From the NCBI GenBank assembly GCA_000697335.1, contig JNEM01009214.1, positions 1 through 39,025 of the forward strand: 39,025 nucleotides of DNA, read 5' to 3'. Shown in pieces: positions 24,785-36,578 of this stretch (position 1 is its first letter; each line of letters begins with the position of its first letter). The DNA is from Conidiobolus incongruus B7586. Taxonomy: Eukaryota. The notes beneath the pieces were generated by a model. It saw only the letters and a program-made list of their open reading frames with translations, did no database searches and was not told the DNA's origin. The translations under genes were made by a program, and so were the position numbers.

Positions 24785-26485
24785 TATATTATAGATTGTT
24801 AATAATTAACAATTTTCAGAGTTTAATAATCGCTTTAAATTTTCATTAAATTAGATCATTTAATTTATATAATTTAATAAGTCCAGCTATTATTGCATAA
24901 ATTTTATCAATTATAATTTCTTGGTTACAGCTCAAACTATTTAAAAATTCAATTTTTCTTTTTACATAAGGATTAATAAATGTTAAAATCTTTTTATTCA
25001 GTTAATATTTTAGTATTTAAAATATTTCAATAATTAAATCAAAAAATAATAGTATTAATATTTCTTCAATTCTACTAACTTATAGCTTTATATTACTTGT
25101 TATATCAGATTTCAACTTAATTTTACTAATTTTTCTAAGTTATATATAATATAAGGAACTAGTTATAATATTCATAGCATTAATAAACTTTTGATATATA
25201 TAGCCAAATTAATATTTTGTTCATTTTGTTAGTGTTTTTTACAAAAGGATTTGAATAAATGTATAAGTTCAATTAATAGAATTCATTATTTAAAAAATAA
25301 TTTATAATATTATTTTATAATTTAAATAATGAGAATTTTTTGTGATTGAAAAAATAAACATTTTAATATATAAAAAGTAAAAATTAATATATAATATAAA
25401 ATTAATAATTTCTTTTATTTCTAATAACTTTTTGCTATACTTCTGGTAAATGTCTAATACTTAAAAAATAGTTCTTTTTATTAAAAACTGAAATTTGATA
25501 TTTCACAAACCAATTAAATTTTCCTGTAGAAATTTTCTTTCTTATAAGCTAGTTTTTTAATTACTTAAAACAATTATAATTATATAGGTTATAATCTAAA
25601 GAATATACTAGATGTAATAGTTTTTTCCAGTTATTTTTAATTAGAAAGTTTTTCATAACTTTAAATCTATGTATTTTATAATTATCATGTAAAATAATAA
25701 GTTTTTTTAAATTATATTAAGAATATTAATTAGAAATAGTTTTATTTCAAAAAGAAATATAATGTTTATTATTAATAAATTTTCTTTTAAAAACTAAATA
25801 AGAATAGTATATACTATTATAATTTATTATAACAATTAACATTCACTTATTAATAAAGTATTTTTTTAAAGGAATTTATAAAAAGGGTTAATTTAGCTTA
25901 ATTTATCACTTTGATTTATATTTTAATAAAAGATTATATAAAAAAATTTAAGATTCATTAATTATAATATATTATTGTAAAATCTTTAGTTTCTAACTAT
26001 ATCTTAATAGGTTTTGTTTAGTAATAACTACTCTAATTTTTTTAAGCTTTAGTTAAATTATAAAATACCTATTTTATATTTTTATTAATTAATTTTAATT
26101 TAAACTTTAATATATATAAAGTACTTAGGTAACTAATATTAAAGTGTTTTAATAATTCTTTAACTAAAATAAAAAGGTGTTTTTTAATATAATTTATTAC
26201 TTTATTAATAATTAAAAAAGTAATAGTTAAAATTAATCTTTTAAATTTTAATAGATTTTAGGTAGTTTCTCTCTTAATATTAAAGTGATTTACTTAATAA
26301 TAAATTCTTAATTTAGATAATACTTTATTATTAAAAACAGCTTGTAAATTTTAAATGATTTTAAAGGGTTTGTGGTTAAGTTTCACTAATACTAAAATAA
26401 AAGACTTTTGATAGTTACTATTTAATTTAAATATAATTAAATTAAACAACTAATTTTAAAAAATTAATTTTTTCATCAAAAAAAT

Positions 26486-26488
<3 letters not shown>

Positions 26489-26516
<28 letters not shown>
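26489..26516. repeat. (TA)n microsatellite
   Basis: Perfect TA run of about 14 units. Confidence 0.85.
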
Positions 26517-26519
<3 letters not shown>

Positions 26520-29145
26520 CAAAACTATTTATTTTCTTATTTGTTTTGTATATATTTTTTTATTTGAAACTAATAATATGTGTGAAAAATCAGAAATTAA
26601 ATAATTTCCCATTTTTTTAATTCTATGGTAATAATACAAAACTATATTATTGTATTTGTGATCAAATTAAACATATTTATTCTAATAAAATAAAATATAA
26701 ATTCAATTCCAATATAACTTTTTGGTTCTATAATTTTCTTAGACATAAGAATAATATATTATTTGAAAGAATCTTGTTAAAAAATATATTGATATTTTTA
26801 ACAAATTACAGATTGCTCTTTTTAGTTAAAAATAGACATTAAATTTTTAATTCCTAAAGTTTAAAAACAGATAAAAATTGAATTTCAATTTAAATATATT
26901 TGACTGGTTTTATATTGTTTTATTTTATAATAGGTTTTATAATTAAAGATAGTTTTTAGAAAAGTACCCGTAATATAATTTAGTAAACTATTTATTAATC
27001 CTGCTCTTTACCATATCTGGGCTGTATATATTAGAACTTGCTGTTGAGAAGTCTTAGCAGAATAACCAGAAAAAAACCTCATTGTATCCTTATCACTTCT
27101 GGGTTCAAATAATTGATTCAGTGAATGATATATTTAACAAAGAAAATCCTTTAATTATAAATTGACAAAGGCAACTCAAAATAGAAATAATATTAGTTTA
27201 ACTATTGAATTCAGAAGGGCAGTCAATTTTGAAATTCAAAAATATTGTAAGTATATATAGAACGAGATTACTGTATTTATCATGAAGTTCACTTTTGATG
27301 AAACTTAAAATTCTTCAATGAAGTACTATATGCCAAAAAGTTTAACATGAATATAATGATTTTACCATTACTATTCAAATTATTATATGGAAAAATGGTT
27401 AACGAGATATTAGGATTTTTGAATACAATATCTAATATTATATATCCATTAGATAAATATAGCTATAAATTAAATTTGATGCATTTTTTGAAATAAAGTA
27501 CTTTTAAAATTTGGATATAGAATTAAATATCAGTTATTATTATTATCAAATCACAATTTGAAAGTATATTGCCAATGATATAATAACCAATAAATTAAAA
27601 ATTTAAACTCAAATATATTTATATAGCACCAGGTATAATATTTCAATATTATTTTAATTACTAGTTATGGTTAATAATTCGTATGAAAATTCATTATTAT
27701 ATAACACATAATAAGATTTCAAAGTTACTTTTCAATTCAAATACTCAAATGAAAATTTGATATGAAAAGATTCAATACACAAGAGTCTTACAATCCCAAA
27801 ATTAATATGATGAATATTAAGCTCACACTTATATATTTAGTGATCAACAACTTTAGAATTTTTTCACTTTATATTCTCTCATATAATATAACTAATAAAT
27901 CTTTTTATGAAAAAAATCAGGCACATTATTCACTGAAATAGATTATCAAATATTATTTTAGTTGAGATAATACTGGCTTTCAAATTGTATTCAAGTAAAT
28001 ATTGTTACTTCGTAATAAGAAATATAAGATATTATATATTTGATAAAATCTTTAAATTCGCAATATATAGATATATGGATATTAATATTACTCGTCAATT
28101 ATATGCATTTTCCTATATTTACAATTATAAACTATTATTCAAATTGTTAATTATTTTCAAATCCAAATTATTTTGTATCAAAATAGATAAAAATGAATTA
28201 GTTGGTAAAAGATATAACTAAAATGAAAATTACTATTATTTTTGAATAAGCTTAGGATTATAAAAAAGTTATAAAATTTTAATTCATTAACAAATACTGG
28301 ATTTTAAATTTAATATTTTTATACAATTTGATTCATCTAAATTTTGAATTATTTCTTTAATTAAATTATTGATTAAAAATAATTAAATTATTTTTGATAT
28401 TCTAACAAATTGATATATATTCATCCATATAAAATTTAAAAAGGGTTGAAAATGCATTATACAATTATATATTGGATAAAGTATAATAGCTATAAGAGTT
28501 AGATATTAGTACAATATATCTATATTAACCAAATATTAGGTAGCTATAGTTTATGGATTTATACCAACTTTGCAATGTATAATATCCTAATAATAAAAGT
28601 TATAAATTGGAATATTAAACCAATAGAGATTTGTCATTAGTTACATAAAATTATAATTCATCTAATATGGATTATAATTAAAATTTTGAAATTTGAAATT
28701 TTATTTTATATTATGAATTAATAAAACCTTATCAAGTATTTTAATTTTTATTATTATATAATGTTATTATATTAATTTGCATAAATGAAACTCTATTTCA
28801 TCATAATTTAACTTTTTTCAATATTAAAAATTTTTAAAAATTCATTTATTGCATAAATAAATAAATAATACTAAATTTAAATTATATTTATCTGAGCCTA
28901 TATAGAATATAATTATCTATTGTGATTATATAAATATTTTTACAGAAATAATCTTGAATATTTCAGAATCAACTCTGTAATTTAATTCTTTGATATAAAC
29001 ACTAGGAACCATTTTTGATTCAAAAATCTTAAATATTGTTTTCAAAAATTGGTGCTAAAATTATATTAATCATTGCTGGTACTTTAAAATATATTTTTGA
29101 TCAAATAGGTAAAATCAAATAACAATACATTAGATTTGATATAAA

Positions 29146-29915
29146 TTGTCATTGGCTTTCTCACTCATCGACAATCGAATCTATCATAATACTGAAAAGA
29201 GACTTCTAGCTGCAGGAATAATTGGAGGGTATACCGCAGATTCTCCATCCAAACAATCCTCATTTGGTTCCTTTCAAAATGCTAAAAGAGTATTAGTGCA
29301 GGAGAACACTAACCAATCACGATATAATCCTCACAGCTGCCCACTACTCTGCAATTGAGGCTGACACGGTGACTTTTAAGGCTCATTGTCATGACTCAAA
29401 CCTTCGGACACTAATGAGCATGGTATCGCTTATAAAGGGGTGTTTAATGTGGTTCATCCACTCTATACCGATGCAGAAAAGTGGTGTGATATAGCCATTT
29501 AGAAGATCGATTCAATCAACATGAACCAAACCAATGCCGTCCTTGATTATGGTACTTGTGGAAATGTAAAGGTTGTTATTAGAAGATACTGGATTGTGTC
29601 ACTGACTTTAAACAAAGTGGTAGAGCCCTCAAGGAGATGAAGCTACCCATAGACAACACAACCAAATGCCACAAGGCTTATATTTTTGGTGGTCCGAATG
29701 TTATCAATCGAGAAGCTTAGCTATATGTAGGCTATCCTGATATTGGTAGAGGTACTTGCCAAAGTGGTTCTGGAGGCCCTTTGCTTGTGATGAAGGATTA
29801 CAGAGCAATACCTGTTGGCCTGACTACTTACAATTTAGCCTGCGCTTGGCAAGTCTAATGAAGAGTTTACACTAGAGTTTCTCCTGTTAAGAATTAAATT
29901 GCATTCGATATCTAA
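29146..29915 (+). pseudogene. Strongly decayed trypsin-like protease pseudogene (copy 9)
   Basis: Recognisable pieces are GIIGGY, ILTAAHY, VVHPLY, CDIAI*KID, GYPDIGRGTCQSGSGGP and VYTRVSPVKN*I, with frameshifts and stops. The 5' end is approximate. Confidence 0.88.
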
Positions 29916-30581
29916 GTATATTAATAAATATTTTCTGATTTATTATAAAATTAAATTTTTATTTAATCAACTCTATTTCATTATTCAATCCATTATAATT
30001 CTGAAAATATCAATCTGTAATCAATACTTTATGTTTCACATATTTTGATATATTTTATATTTTTAAATTATTATATTTAAATAAACATTACCTATCTACA
30101 GTCATTATTTTAAGCTTTAACATTTAAAAACAATTGTTAGAATAAAAATTTATAATCAATAAACAGCCATAATACTAGTAAATTCAATTGTACTAATGAT
30201 TAATTATATTTGAAAAAATAATATTGAAGTTGATTTATATAATTTTTTTGAAATTATGAGTAGAACTTCACTTTAATAATAAGGACAAATAAAATATGAT
30301 TCATCTTATATTTTAATAGGAAAGTATTAAAATACTTTCAAAAATTTAATTAGGTTAATTAATATTTTAATATCATAAATATATTTAAAATAAAGATAGT
30401 ATATTTTGATGATCACAAATTAGCAAGATTAAATTTTTAATATACTTTAAATATATAATACTAGAAAACACAGAATTAAACTATACTATGATTATGCTCA
30501 CAAAAATAATTAAAATTATTTTAAATATTATGTTTAATAGATGAAATGATAATAAATAATCAAATTATTAGATCAAACAAT

Positions 30582-31309
30582 CTACTTTAAAATTCAATCT
30601 TTGATATACCCCATACTAGTATAAGCTTCAGGTTATCCCTTCTTATCACAACTGCAATCAGAACTAGTCACTCCAGCAATAATCAATTTATTATCTTTCT
30701 GGAGGAACAATGGATTACCTGAATCTTCTTGAAAAGTATCTTTACCTCCTTCGGATATAGCCCGCACAGATGTGGGGACGTGGTAAGACTGAGCTTTGCC
30801 TTGGCAAGACCTTCAATACACTGAGTAATATTGTAAATTGGCAACTTGACCTCAAGGAGTTTTTTTGTTACATTGCCACCTTGGCTGATGGTACCCCAAC
30901 CAACAGTGCTCATTAAAAGTCCAATACTGTTTCCATAGGTACTATCACCAAGCTCGACATTAGTGGATTTTGTGATGGGTGCATCAATTTTCTAGACAGC
31001 AATATCATTTTCATGAGTTCTTTCATTGTGATCAGGATAAAAGTTCATTTTGATTACCTCGAAAGTCTTACCACCTTCCTCAGCATCGATTTTGTTCGAA
31101 TCATGGCGATGTACCCTGCCGAATGCTATGGCTATATTGAATACACAGTGGCCTGCAGTAATCACATAGTTATCTCTGTACAAAGTGCCCATACAGTAGT
31201 ACGAGTCTCCGTCTCTGAAGAGTGGAACGACAGGATAACAGAACGCCGGATTTACTTCGTAACCTCCAACAATACGAGGATTCCTTCAATTTCCAAAATC
31301 TAAACTCAT
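30582..31309 (-). pseudogene. Divergent trypsin-like protease pseudogene (copy 10)
   Basis: MSLDFGN*RNPR|IVGGYEV, ITAGHC, NDIAV*KID and VGWGTISQGG, then a frameshift near 30750, then GGKDTFQEDSGNP and IAGVTS with further stops. ORFs 30992..31192 and 30683..30913 are its in-frame pieces. Confidence 0.92.
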
Positions 31310-32138
31310 TAATTTTTTCAATTTTAAAATTATCAAAAATTTAAAAAAAATTGATATTACATAATAGTTGATACTCTTTAATTTTTATACTTAATTAATA
31401 TTATTAAATAATGTTAGTTCTATTATTACCAACTTATATGATTAATTAATTTAATACAACTAAAAATTTATTAATTATTTAAATAATATATATTGATCTT
31501 TCTTTTTCATTCAATTATCGACGTTTATTGATATTAACACAACTGATATAATACCAAAATTGTATTTAGCGAATAGATATTCAATTAGTTAATCATTTAT
31601 AACACTATGATTAATTTAGGAATAATACTTGGAATTGAGAGAAAAAAAAGATATTTTTAAAGTAAAAATTTATAATAAAATATTTATCAAAAGTAAAATA
31701 AACAAATATTTTAATAAAATAATTTAAAGATAATATAATTTTTTTATATACTTTTAAAATGATTTTATTAAAAACTCTATATTTCTATAAAATACAAAAA
31801 AAAATCCAATTAATATAACAATTAATAATTATTCAGAATTGTTAGTTTATTAATAACTAATACTTGGTTATAATATAATTATTTTGATATAAGAGTGATG
31901 ATTATTATACATAATTGAATAAAAAAAATACTAACTTTGATTAAAAATTAAGCTACAAATTATTAATAAATTTATTTATATTGATGAAAACTTAATAAGA
32001 GGTATAAGAAAATTTATAAAACAATGAATTACTCATAATAAAAAGATTATTTCTTAAGATTATTTTTATGTTCAAAATAAAAGAAACTTATGAAAAGTTG
32101 GAAATAAATATGAAATATTAATGAATTTTTTTGATTAG

Positions 32139-32212
32139 GATCTCGTGGTGTAGTTGGTTATCACGTCTGTCTAACACACAGACGGTCCTCAGTTCGAATC
32201 TGAGCGAGATCA
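32139..32212 (+). tRNA. tRNA-Val (anticodon AAC, read as IAC), intronless
   Basis: Cloverleaf: acceptor GATCTCG/CGAGATC plus discriminator A; D arm GTG..TAGTTGGTTAT..CAC; anticodon arm TCTGT-CTAACAC-ACAGA (AAC at 32173-32175); T arm CTCAG-TTCGAAT-CTGAG. T-runs about 20 nt downstream could serve as the Pol III terminator. Confidence 0.97.
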
Positions 32213-32556
32213 AAAAAATATCTCCAAAGCTACTTTTATTTTTACATCTTTCAAATTAATCTGATTCATTTTTAATAAATTTTAATTTATATTATTATTT
32301 TATCTATCTTCAAAATTGTCTATCACTTAATTTTAAATTCATTTTTCTAAAAATTAGTTAAAAGATAACAGATTCAAATAATATTAGTTAAATAAAAAAT
32401 TGATTACAAAATTATAAATTATAAAAGTAAAATAATTATGTTGATATTTAAAAACGAAATGGATTAAATGATACCAGCATATATTATATATTATTAGAAT
32501 TAATATTAATTTAAAAATTTGATGGGATTAAATATGTAGGTTAGGATTAGTGGAGG

Positions 32557-35500
32557 TTAGAAGCAAAGGAATCTGGATTTGCGAGATCCTGCATGTTGGG
32601 CCATGGCACGCTCCTCTTGCATGACTTCGAGCCTGCTCTCAATCATTTGGTACTGCCTCTGCGTCTTCTGATGAGCTTCGCGCTCCGCAGCGAGTTCTGC
32701 ACAGTAGCGGTTGACGCTTTCTCTGAGTTCTTCAAGTTGCTCTTGATGCTTCACGAGGTTCTCGCGTCGTTCATTTTCTAAGCCTTCGTTGATGAGGTGG
32801 AGATTGTTGAGAGCTTGGTCCTTCTGATCGGAGCTGGATTGCAAGAGGGCAATCTGGTTCTTGTATTGGGAAATCATAGATTCTAGATTTGTGACCTTGA
32901 TAGAAAGCTCACTATTGGCCTCTGAGAATGAAGGTGATGATACGGCGATATCTGGTGACGAGCCACTTGGGAGCGTCTTGGATCTCTTGATCTCGCTCTT
33001 GAGATGCTCAATTTCTTGGTCCTTTTGGATTAAGAGAGCTTCACTATCAGCATGAAGAAGAGTTAATTCCGCTACATCAGCTTGAGTTTCAACCAGTTGG
33101 GATTCAACGTCTTGAGCAAGGATTTGGAATTGATCAAATTCCTTCTTAAGAGCTTTATAAGAAGCGTTAACTTGGTTGAGATTATTCTGAAGTTCTTCAA
33201 CCTTGCTAAGTTGCTCTTTCAATTCCGAGTCACGATGATTGAGCTTATTGTGGACCTCACGGTATTGGTTACCAAGAGAATCATTGTGACGTTCTAATTC
33301 TTGCACTAGGCTATTCAATGGCTCAATATTTGATTGAGACTGGTCGAGAAAAATTGACATTTGATCAAGCTCAGTACGTAGATTAATACTTCTGGTCTTA
33401 TAATCCTCAGCTTGAGATTGGTATTTCTTGCAATCAGCCTTAGTTTGCTCAAGAATGTTTTCCAGTTCATTGATCTGGTCTTGATAAGCAGAAATTAACT
33501 CTTGTTGGTCAGAAATCTCAGTTTCATATTTAATAATATCTTCCTTGAGTTGAGCAATTTCTTCAAGGTTTTTAGATTCCTCAATAGTACGGTTTTGGGT
33601 GGATTTTTGCAATTCGGTTTCGAGAGTGGAAATAGTTTGATTCAATTTGGAGATTTGCTCTTGATAGTTAGCATTGATTAACTTTTCGTTTTCAAGCTGA
33701 GAGGTGAGATTGTCGATTTGACTTTGAAGATCATTAACCTGCTGTTGATGGAGACCAATAGTAGAATCTTGTTTAGTCAAGCGAGTCTTATATTTTCTAA
33801 TAGCTGCAGATTTTTCTTCATTATTGGTGTGGAAAGTATCAATAAGCTTATTCTTTTCCTCAAGCAAAGTTTCATATTCTTTCAATTTCTCTTTAAGTTC
33901 AACCAATTCAGGATTAGTTAGTTTTCCATTAGTAATACCACGATCTTTAGAATCAGAAATGTCATTTAGAGTGGATTCGTTAGTAGGGTTAGCCTAAATA
34001 AATAATATGTTTATTAATCGTCTATTTGATAAAATGGAGCTGTACAATGATGTTTAAAATTATGTGTGGTGATAAAAGTATAAACAATAAATATGCAATA
34101 TATATTACCAATTTTTCAGCTGATAATTCATCAGTCTTGATTGGCTTAGAATCAGTAGAAATAACTTTATCTACAAATTCGATACTTGGTTTGGGCTTGA
34201 GAGGTTGCGGTTCCTCCTCTGCCTCCTCAATAGATTTCAACTCTGCATTGATATTTGAATCAGTAGAGTTGGGGTGGAGTTGGTTAGCCAAATCATGCTT
34301 CTCATTTTGAAGCTGTAAAACTTGAACTCGTAATTGTTCAATGAGAGCCAAATGCTCTTGCTCTCTCTTTTCAAGATTACTAATGATTGTTTGGGGAGAT
34401 TGTTCATAATCAACGATGCTATTTCTGTCAGTGGATTCTATGGAAGTGGTATCGGATTCAATATTGAGGTTAGATAAATGTGATGGCAAGGGAGATGGTA
34501 AAACGTTTGCAGGGCCTTTTTGAAGTTGAGATAGCTCTTCTTTAAGTTGATTGTTAAGATCTTGCAATTCTTGATTTTGAATTTGTAATTGGCTCATTTC
34601 AAATTCAATCTGTTCCATTTTTGAATCTCCAGATTGGGACTCATGAATGGAACTAATATCAAAATCAGGTACAGGGATGAAAGAGGGATTGGAAGAGAGT
34701 CGGCTTTCCAAATTCTTCTTATCATTTTCTAACTTATCCAATTGTTGCTGTAATTTGAACATTTCACCAAGGTTTTGGTCATTTTGATAGAGTAACTGGG
34801 ATTTGGCAGTGGTTTCGGAATGAAGTCTTTCCTCAAGATCGGATTTTTCTTCTTTGAGTTGTCTCAATTGCTCTTCGAGATTTTGGATAAGCTGCTCGTA
34901 CTTGAGTGCTTCGGCATTCGAAGTAAGCTGAATATCGCTCATAAATGACATTTCAGTAGGAGCATTCGACATTGTATCAAACTGCATGAAGCTAACTTCA
35001 TCGGCTTTTCTGTTGTAATTTTGGATAAGATGAGTGTAGCGTTTGCGGAGTTCAGAATATTTCCCTCTAATATGCCTCAAGTCGGTCTCTAAAACTTCAA
35101 CCCTCTCAAACAAGAATTGCATAGCTCTCGGATCCGAAGGCGTAGATGAAAGAGGAGAATTAATGGAATTGTTATGAGAGGTGCCCGATTTTTTGTAAGA
35201 TTCTAATTCAGCTTTAAGTTCTTGGAGTTGTTGTTTAAGAGAGTTGATATCATCAATTTCAGTGTGATTTTTGATGGCCTTATTTTTAATCTTTTTAGCA
35301 CGGTTAGCATAGAGTAAGGTATTTTGTGTTTCTGATAAATCAGCTGGAGCAGGTGATACACAAGCGATGAAAATTGTGAAACTATTTCCTCCGATAGAAT
35401 CCTGGAGCAAACGAGTCAATTTAGAATCACGATAGGGGATATGAGGCATCTTGGGGACTTTGCCTAACGCCGAAATGACATTACCCAAGGCCAAAAGACC

Positions 35501-36578
35501 TCCGTTGATATTGATACCTTCTTTGGCACGGTTACCACTAGCACCAGTCTTCTTCATCCTTTCAGAGCCTGCTAAATCGACAAAATGGAATTTGGATTGA
35601 GTGATAACTTTACTACCAGTTTCTGTTTTGTGAACTGATTTCAAACCTACAGAAAAGATAGCATGAGAACGGGATGATACGCTATTCATAGCAGTTTCCG
35701 CGATTTGGCGTTTTGCTGTACCACTTAACAGGAGTCTCATAACATCTTCGACGGATTCTACATCGAGTTCGGTTACACCGTTCCAAACGATATTCCCTTT
35801 ACCATCTTCTCTAATTGTAATTTCAGGTTTATAATTAGGGCCATAATGGTCAGGAATCAAAAGATCTAAAAATTCCTCATTATAAATTTCCAAGTAAGAA
35901 ACTGTCAAACTGACTTGGCTATATTCTTTTAAAATTTGAACTTGAGAGAATATCTCGTTAACAGCCCTTGGGATAATACCATCAGATTCATCATTTTTTA
36001 ATACACCGGTACCCATAGTATAAGTTTTACCGGAAGAAGTTTGACCCTAAAATAATTTTTAGTTAATTAATAATTTTTATTAAACAAAAGTATTGAATAA
36101 AAATTATTTACATATGCTAAAATAGTGACGTTAAAACCTAATATAATTAAAAAAAGTTAGTATAAATAATAAAATTAGTAAATAAAAGATATATACCTTC
36201 AACTAATTTAGGTACTAAAGATTTGACAATATTAAACATATCTTGTTGGGAAGATTCTTCACCGAGCACATGGTCATAAAAATATCTCAAACTGAGGGGG
36301 GGAATGTAAAGTGTACCAACATCTGAATTTACTTCAATAACTGAAGTATCATTAGCTCTGGAACCAGGTTTCTTTAAATCCTCATTGAAAAAAGGTCGTA
36401 CTCTGACCACTAAATTATGTAAATAATTCTTGTTATTGAAATTCTAAAGAGATAATGGATAAAATGAATTACCAACTCGTACTGATAAGTTGTCATTTGT
36501 AGTAGGTGTTGATGCTTCGTTAGTAGGCTGTGAAATTTCCATACCGTTGGAAGTATTATTAGTTTTATGTATTGACAT
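32557..36578 (-). CDS. Kinesin-4 family (KIF4/KIF21-like) N-terminal motor protein with long coiled-coil tail, 5 exons, about 1239 aa
   Basis: Exons 36578-36473, 36409-36197, 36137-36112, 36046-34109 and 33993-32557. They are joined by GT-AG introns of 63, 59, 65 and 115 nt with consistent phases. Splicing rebuilds VRVVVRVRP and EGFNVTILAYGQTSSGKTYTM (P-loop). NSVSSRSH (switch I), FHFVDLAGSER (switch II), KEGININGGLLALGNVISALG and HIPYRDSKLTRLL are present. The start ATG is less certain (alternative in-frame ATG at 36542). Confidence 0.92.

Noticed and set aside
9925..31309. Alternative genetic code (stop codons read as Trp or Gln) explaining the in-frame stops
   Set aside because: All three stop types occur, at Trp, Gln and Leu positions, alongside frameshifts and lost catalytic residues. 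Intact genes use TGG for Trp and end in TAA.
32557..33906. 449-aa coiled-coil ORF as a separate gene
   Set aside because: It starts at TTG, stays open upstream to the acceptor at 33994, and joins the kinesin in frame through a GT-AG intron.
32593..34310. Plus-strand ORFs within the kinesin gene
   Set aside because: Antisense shadows of a coiled-coil coding region.
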